Shown piece after piece: positions 24,914 through 34,670 of a DNA stretch of 64,000 nt. The position numbers were made by a program, and so were the translations under genes. This DNA is from Lama glama (taxonomy: Eukaryota), in assembly GCA_028534125.1 (NCBI GenBank), contig CM052816.1, positions 32,552,001-32,616,000 on the forward strand, in the 5' to 3' direction. Numbering within the stretch: position 1 is the first letter of the stretch; every line of letters starts with the position of its first letter. The notes under the pieces were generated by a model. It was not told the origin of the DNA and ran no database searches. It saw only the letters and a list, made by a program, of their open reading frames with translations.

Positions 24914-24924
24914 CATGCGCGTGT
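24885..24924. repeat. (GT)14 microsatellite with alternating purine-pyrimidine extension
   Basis: GT x14 at 24885-24912 then gcatgcgcgtgt. Confidence 0.95.
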
Positions 24925-24940
24925 TCATGTGTGTTTACCT

Positions 24941-25149
24941 AAAGGGTAAAACCTTTTCTGTTAAGGGCCAGATCATAAATAGTTTAGCCTTTGCGGATCA
25001 TATGGTCTCTGTCGCAAGTACTCAACTCTACCCTTGTGGGCCCAAAGCAGCCAGAGACAATACATAGATTAATGGGTGTGGCTGCATTCCAAAAAAACTT
25101 TATTTTTAAATTTGGATTTGACCAGTGAGTTGGAGTGGGTCAACCCCTG
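24941..25149 (+). mobile_element. hAT-Charlie MITE MER58A, nested in the ERVL interior
   Basis: ttttctgttaagggccagat..aaata.tttag..tggtctctgtcgcaa.tactcaactct..aaagcagcca.agacaata..caacccctg. Confidence 0.9.
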
Positions 25150-25507
25150 ATAGAAACTCATTTTGTAGTTCTTCTTCTCCTACCCCTTGCTAATTTCCTG
25201 TAAGACAATTAAGTCTTTAAGTGATAGAATGTTCTGGTGAGGCTTTAAATTTGAGAGTAACTAAAATAGTTCAAAGATGGATAACGTGACTGTCTCCCAG
25301 AGGTAGATACAGTGACTGCTGGGGCTTTGGGAGACTGTTGGGAAGTTGAGATACAATGAGGTTGAGATCTTCATTTGTGTTAAAAAAAAAAAAAGTTGTA
25401 TTTTCGGAGGCAAAAGCCTGCCGTTGTTTTCCGTGTCTGAAAGTGCACAGGGGAGCTCTTGTGTGGAAGAAAGAAGCCTGTGGTTGCTGAGTAGGCAACA
25501 GAGTGAC

Positions 25508-26179
25508 CAGTTACTAAGTTTTTGTTTCCTAGCATCAAACTCACCCTTTCCTGCCTGGCTGTGTCATTCCAGGGCTGGGACTCCACAAACCTAAGTTCTC
25601 CTTTATCAGCGGGATGCCTGTTAGGGCTTGCCAATAGGGGGCGCTAGAGGGAGCCCGCCAAGCCGGAGGAGGAAGGGGCAACTCCTCCCCGTGCACTTCC
25701 TGTTCCTTTATATCTCACGTTCCTGTCAGCACCATCCTAGCATGTTCACCTAGGCGGCGTCAGCAGGTGGTTCCAGTGGTGCAGGTGATTCTGGTTCACG
25801 TCTTAAACGACACTCACGGAACCAGCGCCGTTTCAGCCGCTAGAGACTCCAGCACCAGCCAGTCTTCACGCCCTCCACAGAGGTCTGGGTCTCACCTAGG
25901 GATGCTGCCTTCAAGCACCTGAGGCAGTAGTGCAGGTGAGTAGTGACCCTTCTCAGAGGCCCTAGCCTCAGCTTTGCAGGGCCCGTCCTCAACCTTCTAA
26001 ACCTTAACAGTCCCAAACTCCTGCATTTATTCCCTGAGTTTTACAGTGGTAACGACTTCCTAAGTCAGCTACTTCCTTAGTGTTTCTTTTTTACCTTTTC
26101 ATTTCTTCAGTATTTGGTTGATGAATATATGAAGTCCTCTTAAAATAACTGGTGTGGTTTCTGTCTCCTGACTAATACA
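25508..26179 (+). mobile_element. ERVL LTR, LTR41-like (3' LTR of the remnant)
   Basis: gggctgggactc..caaacc, gccaatagggggcgctagagggag, cagaggtctgggtc, aaaataactggtgtggtttctgtctcctgactaataca. Confidence 0.85.
25628..25646 (+). promoter_or_regulatory. Strong CTCF motif within LTR41-like element
   Basis: TTGCCAATAGGGGGCGCTA versus canonical TGGCCACCAGGGGGCGCTA; motif CpG intact. Confidence 0.75.
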
Positions 26180-26184
26180 ATCAG

Positions 26185-26342
26185 TCTAACAACTCTGTGA
26201 AGTTATGTCCATTTTTTAGATAAGCAAATGGAAAGAGAATAGATAAATAACTGGACTGAAGCCACAAACTAGTATGAGACAGGAATAGGGCTTAAACCAG
26301 GTCTTTCTGGTTGCAAAGCTGTTGCTCTTTTAAACACAGCAC
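26185..26342 (-). mobile_element. MIR SINE
   Basis: aacaactctgtgaag..ccattttttagataag.aaa..cacaaactagta..aaaccaggtct. Confidence 0.65.
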
Positions 26343-27274
26343 GGTTCTGTCAGGTGAAGGCAGATCTAGTCAGCAGTTCCGAGGCCTCTTCCAGGCAGGG
26401 AGACTGATATTCAAATTAGACTGGGTAGAAGCAAGGTAGCTCATGTAAATGCAAGAGTGAGCAAACCTGGCAGCTTTAAAAATGACACTGGGCCCACGTG
26501 AGTTCTCTTCCAAAGCCCTGAAGGAATTGGCAGATGTGATTGGAGATACTGTAGTAATCTCCAAAAACACACGGGAGCTGCCAAAATAGTGGAGAGAGTT
26601 AAAGACTTTTCTCTTTTCTAAAATAGATATGCAGATATTTCGTCTTCATATCAATCTCCAGCAAAAATCTGGAATGTTCCTGTGTGTACTTTTAGCAAAA
26701 CTGCCTGGTTCCCAAGAACAAGCGTGTGAAACCATCTAAGCTCATTTGTATTCACAAAATGCTCATGGGTAAGACGGTGAAAGGAGGAATGGATGCGGGT
26801 CACAATTTTGGTGTGTAAATATGCTTATTTGAAAGTAAGGGAAAAATTGACACAGTGTTGGTACCTGGGCTGGACCAGGTGGGTTTCAAAAGTCAGAGCA
26901 GAGAGCAAACCTGAGTCTTCATCGTCCCTGCCAGCCAGGCTCCTCTGGTGCTTCAAATAGATTGATTTTTAGCCAGGGCTTTGTTCATTAGTTTGCTTGC
27001 TTGAAGCTGAGGAATCCTTGCTGACTTCTCAAGCTGTGTTGGTAAGGGAAAAACTAAAGCTTTATATCTAAAATCTACATCTACAAACTTTAGACATTCT
27101 TGATAGAAAAATAGACAATGGTCTTCTCTATTGCTTCCAGTTGCACAAACCCCTAGAAAAGGTACAGGGAAGCAGATTGTAACTTCCATACATTCAGGGA
27201 CTGAGTTCATTTTGTTCAGTGGGAGGTGCTAAATAAATGCCAGTTGCACGAATAAATGGAAATAGAGAAGGAAC

Positions 27275-27448
27275 TTCCCAATGATTAGTTTAATAATGGA
27301 ATTGCTGCATCATGGAGTAGCGAGCTCCTTGTCACTCCAGAGATTTAAATAGAGCCTAGATCTCTTAGGATGAAAAAAAAAAAAGATTCCTGCATCGAAT
27401 AAGTGATTTCCAAAAAAGCATTCTAATTCTGACTTTGTAATTCCATAA
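27275..27448 (+). mobile_element. CR1/L3 3' end fragment
   Basis: atggaattgctgc..gtagcgagctccttgtcact..tttaaatagagcctagat resembles the L3 3' end. Confidence 0.6.
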
Positions 27449-28756
27449 CTACTTCTTATTTGGTCTTAGAAAATATGTCTTAAAGCAAAAATAGAACAGT
27501 GTATGCATTAATATGTAGAGCACAGACTGTATGGTTAGAACAAACGGTACATTATAAATTTTCAGTGTTAGGAGAGCATTTCTTAGCGTGCCCACAAAAA
27601 AGCTAGCAAAAGCTGTAGCAGTAGACATAAACCATTGCTGAACTTGTTTGCAGTGACCTACACTTGATCTATTTTTAGTCTCAAGGATAGTGAAATAATA
27701 AGAAAATGGACAGTTTGATTGCCATGGTTATTCCCATCCACTAGTTCACCTCACCACCCATTTTCCATCATTTCTAATAACCTGGTTTCCTGGAGTGTTA
27801 TTTTAGGTGCCTATACCATGACTCTTTATTAAATGGGTTCCCCTGGTGCCACCCTCATCTGGGCACTTTTCACAGCTTCCCTTTGTCTTACTGGCCTTCA
27901 TCATGGCTGGGAAATGGAAAATACCCAGGCTAAGGCTCCCAAGATTTTTCAGCACAGGTAAGCTTGTGCTTGGTTGCCACTGAGAGATCTATAGTTACTA
28001 AGTTGATACCTGGTTCATAAGTTCCTTAATGTTGAGGGTACATCCTTCCCTATGTCACCAGGACAAAAAGCAGTTGAGGTGGTGGGTTGTTATTTTCTTT
28101 GACACTGATTTCATTTATTATGTAAGCAGCACACCTTGACAAGGGAAACAGGTGGAATTTAAGGAAACACAGTCTGGAGAATACGCTACCTTGGGAAACT
28201 GAGTTTGACAGTTCCCTTGGTTGCTTGGGATTTCTTTAGTAGCTAACAAACACAGCATCTCAACTTTTGGCAGGAGCCCAAGAGACTGGACGAATCCGTC
28301 TGGGGCCTCGCAAGAGACACTCTGTGGGGAATTATACTCCCTTGGTAAATTCCGGTTTATCTTATAGTAGGTTGTGGAAGTTTGGCTTTCTATAGACTCA
28401 TTCAACTTTTTTTTTTTTTTAAGGTATGGCTGGTGCCACACATCTACACATCTAAACACTAGATGGCAACCTTGCCTTTTGTATCACCATCAAAGCCATG
28501 TTATAAACTCGTACTTATTAAAGAAATAAATTCCACCAGCAAATCTCAGCGTTCCTCTCCCACAGTTTTATTTGATACTGGTATCCAGATATAACACACA
28601 AAGGCCCTTCTTAAAGGCAGACCCAATAATGTGTATAGACTTAATTATTTTTTTTAAAGCCTTTGCCCTAATGCCTGCAGCCTTTCTGTTGTTAGAATTT
28701 CCTCACCTTCCTGGGCATGGACATTCATGGATTAAATGAATCCTGGTTGTTCCTGG

Positions 28757-28887
28757 CAGAGGGCAGAGCTAAGTGGTAGAGCTTGTGCTTAGCATGCATA
28801 AGGTCCTGGGTTCAATCGCCAGTACCTCCATTAAAATAAATAAAATAAACAAACCTAATTACCTACCCGTCCCACCAAAACAAACAC
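28757..28887 (+). mobile_element. tRNA-Ala-derived SINE, camelid vic-1 type
   Basis: 72-nt tRNA-Ala(AGC)-like head 28759-28830, tail ttaaaataaataaa..aaacctaattacct; probable TSD TTGTTCCTGG 28747-28756 / TTGTTCCAGG 28888-28897. Confidence 0.85.
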
Positions 28888-28897
28888 TTGTTCCAGG

Positions 28898-29440
28898 AAT
28901 GGGGGATTCTCTGGTGAATAAGAGACAAGGTCCTTCTTTTTGTGGAACTTGCACTGAAGTAGAAGAGGCAGTAACAAATGAGAACAGGTAAATGAAAATA
29001 ACTTTAGATATTGGGGGAAAACTGAGGACATAATATAATAGCAATTGTGAATAAGGGGAAAGGGATGGTGGTCAGGGAAGGCCCCTGAGTGGCTGGTATG
29101 GGACCCGAAGCTGGACTGAGGGAAGCAGCCAGCCAGGCTGAGAGCTGGGGGAACAGTGGTCCAGGCGGAGGGAGGAGTCTGTAAGCAGCCCAGGGCAGGG
29201 ACAAGCTGTGGATATTTAAGAAATAGAAGCTTTCTCTTTAAGAACTAGAGAGCCTGGCTGGAGCCTGGGGAAGACAGGGAAGAACTGGACAGCATAAGGC
29301 TGAAAGATAAGCAGAGGTCAGACCATGTAAGGACAGCTGGCCAAGGAAGGAGACAGAATTGATTCCAAGCTCAATAGAAAGCACTGGAAATAGAGTCAGA
29401 AGGGCAAAGGGAGCTGAGTTCACCATCATGATCATCACCA
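28898..29440 (-). mobile_element. L2 fragment
   Basis: ggggat..gtgaataagagaca.ggtcc, gtggtcagggaaggcccct, gggaacagtg.tccaggc.gaggga, cagaggtcagaccatgtaagg. Confidence 0.75.
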
Positions 29441-30454
29441 AAGAGGATGTATCACCCTGCTGACAGCACTCACAGTGGACTGATTATTCAGATAGCAGGC
29501 TTAATAGATGTGGCTCCCACCCTGGGACCTCCCAAGCCAGAATAGACTTCGGGGACACAGCACACCTCGGGGAAGGCATTGTCTTCAGTGTGGATCCCTG
29601 CAAGGAAAAGGCATAAGCAGAGGAAAAAATCAATTTTTGGAAACACTAAACACTGCAACAAGCATTCATTTGCCTCTGAGAAAGTATTTTAACCCACACA
29701 CCTCCTTTATGGCAGAAAGAAAAATGAAAGAGGTAGAATTTTCCTGTCCTGATATGCACAGATCAAATTTAGACTCTGGGACAACTGAGTTCTTGTGGCT
29801 CTTTGCCTGGCATCTAACAATGAGGCTGTATGATAAATGATGATGGCAGCAAAATGACAGCAGACGGTCTATTTAGTGCACTAACTGAGGCATTTTAGTC
29901 AGAAGGCAAACATCTAAAATAAATGCAGCCTTGCTCAGCTAGTCCCAAGACCTGCCTTTTGATACAGCCACACCCAGAGCTGTTTGTGGCTACTCTGCCC
30001 ACTTAGCCTCATGGCTTGGCACTGAGCAGGATCACGGGAGGCTGTGAGCAGGAGGCCAAGGAGTAGGCTTTGCCCCTAGCCACGTAAAACAAAGACAAAG
30101 GTGCAGGACTGCATTTTCCTGCCAACTGCATGTGTGCACACAGACACACATGCTCCCCTTTTCTTCCTTTTTCCTGCCTTTTGAGGTTGCTCTGTATCAG
30201 TGAAGCTGGCCCATTCAAGTAAGATAAATAAGGAGTACATATCTAGTGGAGTCTGTGTCCAGGTGGAGAGGACGTGCCCATCAAGAGGGGCAGCCACTCC
30301 CCAGCTCCAGCCAGATGTTTCCATGCATGAGTGTGGGGCCTGGTGGTATTGGATTTCCTGATTTTTCTAGAGAAGCTGGAAATCCAGATTTTTATATTTT
30401 TATTTTAAGTCTCCTGCCTTTTAAAATGTTTGCAACTGGTTCAATTAAAAAAAA

Positions 30455-30680
30455 AACGTACACAACAAACTAGTGAATATAACAAAAGAGAAACAGGCTC
30501 ACAGATAAAGAGGAAAAGCTAGTGGTTACCAGTTGTGGGGGTGGTGTAGCAACATAGAGGTTGGGGAGTGGAAGATACAAACTATTGGATGTAAGATACA
30601 CTCGAGGATGTATAACACGAGGACTATAGCCAATATTTAGTAATAACGGTTAATGGAAAGAAACCTTTAAAAATTATATG
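30455..30680 (+). mobile_element. Cetartiodactyl-type L1 3' end
   Basis: aaactagtgaatataacaaaa..ctagtggttaccagt..tatagccaatatttt..atggaaag.aacctttaaaaatt. Confidence 0.8.
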
Positions 30681-30681
30681 C

Positions 30682-30800
30682 GGGGGGAGGGTATAGCTCA
30701 GTGGTAGAGTGTGTGCTTAGCATGCCCAAGGTCCTGGATTTAATCCCTAGTACCTCCATTAAAATAAGTAAATAAAACCTAATTACCTCCCACCGAAAAT
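30682..30800 (+). mobile_element. tRNA-Ala-derived SINE, camelid vic-1 type
   Basis: GAGGGTATAGCTCAGTGGTAGAG..CTTAGCATG..GTACCTCCA (30687-30758) plus the same aaacctaattacct tail as the copy at 28757. Confidence 0.9.
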
Positions 30801-31073
30801 CTTTTTAAAAATCTAAAAAATACAAAGTATATAAAATTACAATTTTTAAAACTTTAAAAAAATCTTGATGGCCAAATAAATCATGTCAATGGGCCTTCTG
30901 TGTCCTGTGGGCCACCCTTTGGTAAACTGTGCTTCAGTCGTTTATTTTCCATTATTTATTATGAAAATTTCAAATGTGTAGAGAAGTCAAATAATTTTTC
31001 AGTGGACACTTCTGTATACCTGTCATCTAGATTCTACTTGTTTTATCTCATATCTATTCAGTTAACTTGCTTT

Positions 31074-31560
31074 TTTTTTAACATTTTTTTATTGAGTTAT
31101 AGTCATTTTACAGTGTTTTGTCAAATTCCAGTGTAGAGCACAATTTTTCAGTTATACAATGAACATAAGTGTATTCATTGTCACTTTTTTTTTCCGCTGT
31201 GAGCTACCACAATATCTTGTATATATTTCCCTGTGCTATGCAGTGTAATCTTGTTTATCTATTCTACATATACTTGTCAGTATCTACAAATTTTGAAATC
31301 CCATTCTGTCCCTTCCCACCCCTCGCCCCCTTTGCAACCACAAGTTTGTATTCTATGTCTATGAGTCTGTTTCTGTTTTGTATTTATGGTTTTTTTTTTT
31401 TTAAGATTCCACATATGAGCGATCTCATATGGTATTTTTCTTTCTCTTTCTGGCTTACTTCACTTAGAATGACAGTCTCCAGGAACATCCATGTTGCTGC
31501 AAATGGCATTATGTTGTTGGTTTTTATGGCTGAATAATATTCCACTGTATAAATATACCA
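31074..31560 (-). mobile_element. Young lineage-specific L1, 5' truncated, perfect 15-bp TSD
   Basis: Poly-T tail, antisense ORF2 end (agattccacatatgag..tggcttacttcacttagaatgac); CAGTTAACTTGCTTT at 31059-31073 and 31561-31575. Confidence 0.92.
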
Positions 31561-31689
31561 CAGTTAACTTGCTTTAATCAAATTTTAGCTATGGAAATTT
31601 GATGGAGCAGGAAAGAGGAAAAGAGAGGGTAAGTCCTGTAGAGGTGACTCCAGTCTGTTAATTCATTTCTTAAAATTCAGCATCAGGGG

Positions 31690-31890
31690 TAGGGGGAAAT
31701 GGGACATTGCTAATCCACAGGTATAACATTTCAGCTGTGCAAAATGAGTAAGTTCTAGAGATCAGCTGTACAATTTTGTGCCTAGAGATAGCAACTGTGT
31801 TATACACTTAAAAATCTAAGAGAGTAGATCTCGTGAAGCATTCTTACCACAATAAAATTAGTCATCATAATTAAAATAGTAATAAATTTT
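31690..31890 (+). mobile_element. L1MA/MB-type 3' end
   Basis: tttcagct.tgcaaaatgagtaagttctagagatc.gctgtacaa..gagagtagatctc..ttcttaccacaataaaa. Confidence 0.8.
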
Positions 31891-31939
31891 TAAAAAATTC
31901 AAACTTTTTTTGGTCCAGTTTTCTGTTTGGCCGTAATTT

Positions 31940-32195
31940 TTAATTTTTATTTAATTTTTCTTAATTTTTTTCTTTTTAAAAATTTTTAATACAGTTTTTG
32001 GTTATTTTCCATTGAATTATTGCAAAATATTAGCTGTATTCCCATGTTGTGTAATACATCCTTGAGTCTATCTTAGTAGTCTGTCCAGTAGTTTGTACCT
32101 CCTACTCCACCACCCTATGTTGCCTCCACCCGCTCACTGGTAACCACTATTTTTTTCTCTGTATCTGTGAATCTGCTGCTTTTTTGTTATATTCT
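31940..32195 (-). mobile_element. Cetartiodactyl-type L1 3' end (same family as 30455-30680)
   Basis: aaaatattagctgtattcccatgttgt..cactggtaaccacta..tgtatctgtgaatctgct..ttttgttatattc. Confidence 0.8.
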
Positions 32196-33089
32196 GGTCA
32201 TGATTTTAAAATGGACTTTAAGAGTTAAAGACTTCAAAGCACTGGTAAGCCAGGTCAGCACTGGGCAAATCTGACCTGCCTCTCAAAGTGACATCCCAAG
32301 GAGGGAGCCCCTAGGTGCTGGAGGGTTACCTTATTCTCCCATCTCTCTGGCCACAGTCAGAACTCCTGACACCTCAAAACTGAGACCTGGAAGGTCCAGG
32401 CAGGGCCATTCTCTTCAGTTTAGTCAGAAAGGGCCAGCCCCGATCCTACCAGGGGACAAGCATGCAGTTAGAGACGTCACTGGCTCTGAGTATGTGTGAG
32501 CCGGGCCTCTTCGCACATGGGATGCTCATTTTGTGTAGGAGGTTAGAATTAAAAGCCTTGACTGTGAAAACTGATTATTTTAATTAAGTCCCATGAGACA
32601 ATGCAGAACACTTTTCAGAGGTTGAAAATAGCTTTTCTCAGGGTTCCCACATGTGCACTGGGATCCAGGGAAGATATTTACATCTTGACAGCAGCTCTCG
32701 TGTTAGCTTGTCTGGAGAGATTGATCAGCAGCCTGCTCTTGTCCTTTGTGGTGACGGAGAAGCACCCAGGGACAGAGAGGAGAGAAAGCTTTTATACCTA
32801 CTCCTGTTCCCCACTGCTTTCCATCACACTTAAAGAAAATTACATTCCCTGTGCGGTAGCAGTGTATCATTAAGGGATGGTAATCACCATGGTAACCAAG
32901 GATTGTCTGCTGCAAGCAAAAGGAAAAAGAAAGAAAAGCATCAAGCCAGAGCTTGCAACACCCACATTAGCTCCAAATGCTCAGGCTTTTAAGTAATATG
33001 GAAGAGGAATATATTTTCTAGACTGACAGCTAGACTGAATTTTAGAATCATTACATTGCAAAAGTGAAGAAACCTTACAGAATGACTAA

Positions 33090-33400
33090 GGGCTGCAACG
33101 AAATGCCTTCAGGGTCAGCTGATCAGGTAAATAATCAGACTGTTGACACCGTGGTGGTGTCACCATGGTGGGAGCAGAGGGTCTGCAAAACTGGGGCCAG
33201 GTTCTGAGAGAGGGAGCAGCAGCCTCTGCATCTGCAGCTGCAACTAATTGTAGCAATGGGAGAGGCCAGCCCTGTTATGTCAGATTGTGCAATTTTCAAA
33301 AGGAAGCTGAGAATGCAGATTTTTATGTGCAGTATCCCAGTTTCAACTACTAAATAAAACTAATTTCAGGCAAGCCAAATGAAGCACATCTGTGAACTCC
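33090..33400 (+). mobile_element. MER102-like MITE within a MIR
   Basis: aaatgccttcaggg.cag, gtcagattgtgcaattttcaaaaggaagctgagaatgcagatttttatgtg..gccaaatgaagcacatctgtg. Confidence 0.65.
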
Positions 33401-33729
33401 ACTTTATAACATTTGATTTAATACATGTGATCTTTTTCTTTTTTTTCCTAAACCCTGAGGATACCGAGATCCAGAAAAGTTGTTATTTGTGTGGGTCACA
33501 CAGTCAGTTAGTGAACAAGTCAGACCTCTGGGGTCTGGACTCCAGGGACAGTGCTCTTTCCTTTCTAAAATGTGATGACAAGCCAGCCTAGCTCCAGGGA
33601 CTCATTTTCACTCTAATTGTACATGAACTCTGCTGGGAGTCTAGCCTTCTATAGGCTAAAATTTTAAAAACCGTAAAAGCTGTTCTCTGAGAGTGTGGGA
33701 TATGTGGATCTATTATTCACTCCTGTCCA

Positions 33730-34108
33730 TTCCTTATTAGATCATTTCCTGAATAGTTTGTGTTTACTGTTATTGTAAATGGGATTTTTAAAATTAAAAT
33801 TTTAACAAGTAGCCATTTATATATAGAAAGCTATTAATTCGCTCATTATATTTGTAATACTCACTTTACTGAATTTCCTTACTTTTCTTTAATGACACAT
33901 CAGCTCATTGTCATGAAGTTTCTAAGTAAAGAATCAAATTTTCTGCAAGTAATTATTATCTTACTCCTTCATTTCTTTTTCTTGTCTTTGCAGTAATTAA
34001 TACTTATATAAGACAATGTTAATTAGGAGTATTTAGTGGGCATCTATGTCTTATTCCCAAATTTAACAGGAATTACTATTTCATCTCACTTTTAAGCATG
34101 ATGCTGGC
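33730..34108 (-). mobile_element. Old L1ME ORF2 fragment
   Basis: gttattgtaaatgggatt, tatagaaagctattaatt, actttactgaatt, ttaagcatgatgctggct. Confidence 0.65.
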
Positions 34109-34109
34109 T

Positions 34110-34572
34110 TTTTATTTTATTTAAAAATTTTTTTTATTGAAATATAGTTAATTTACAATGTTGTATTAGTTTCTGGTGTATAACAGAGTGATTCAGTTAT
34201 ATATTCTTTTTCATTTTTTAATGTTATGGGTTATTATAAGATACTGAATATAGTTCCCTGTGCCGTATAGTGAGACCTTATTGTTTATTTTATATATAGT
34301 AGTGTGCATCTGCCAATCCTAAACTCCTAATTTATCCCTCATACCCCGTCACCCCACCCCACCACTATCCCTTTGGTAATCGTAAGTCTGATTTCTATGT
34401 CTGTGAGTCTGTTTCTGTTTTGTAAATAAGTTCATTTGTGTCATATTTCGATTCCACAAATAAGTGATATCGTGTGATATTTGTCTTTCTCTGACTTACT
34501 TCACTTAATATAATCTCTTAGGTCCATCCATGTTGCTGCAAATGACATCATTTCATTCTTTTTAATGACTGG
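34110..34572 (-). mobile_element. Cetartiodactyl L1 3' end
   Basis: ttattgaaatatagtt.atttacaatgttgt..gtgattcagttata..tgtgagtctgtttctgttttgtaaataagttc..ggtccatccatgttgctgcaaat. Confidence 0.9.
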
Positions 34573-34670
34573 TATTGTGCAACACAGGGAATATAGCCAA
34601 TATTTTGTAATAACTGTAAATGGAAAGTAACCTTTTGAAATTGTATATAAAATAAAAATTAAATCAAAAA
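34573..34670 (+). mobile_element. Short L1 3' tip with A-tail, opposite orientation
   Basis: tattgtgcaacacagggaatatagccaatattttgtaataactgtaaatggaaagtaacct. Confidence 0.8.

Larger units (their letters stand above)
24100..25507 (+). mobile_element. ERVL (class III ERV) internal 3' portion: integrase end, dUTPase, 3' leader to decayed polypurine tract
   Basis: YHV..PEAAGPI integrase motif near 24160-24200; ERVL-like 3' leader (gatacagtgactg.tggg, agttgtat, tgctgagtaggcaacagagtgac) abutting an LTR. Confidence 0.8.
30230..30935 (+). mobile_element. MER102-like MITE split by L1 and SINE insertions
   Basis: gctccagcc.gatgtt.ccatgc..gatttttctagagaagctggaaatccagatttttat..aaatgtttgcaact (to about 30450); resumes ggccaaataaa.catgtc..tgggccacc.tttg (about 30865-30935). 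Confidence 0.75.

Noticed and set aside
28759..28830. tRNA-Ala(AGC) gene
   Set aside because: Acceptor/D-arm substitutions, shared SINE tail and a flanking TSD identify it as a retroposed copy.
30687..30758. tRNA-Ala(AGC) gene
   Set aside because: Anticodon stem and T-arm/B box are mutated, it has a SINE tail, and it sits in an L1 tail.
31169..31537. Hydrophobic 122-aa ORF resembling a membrane protein
   Set aside because: Antisense reading of a T-rich L1 3' end; the same applies to 43612-43860 and 4972-5220.
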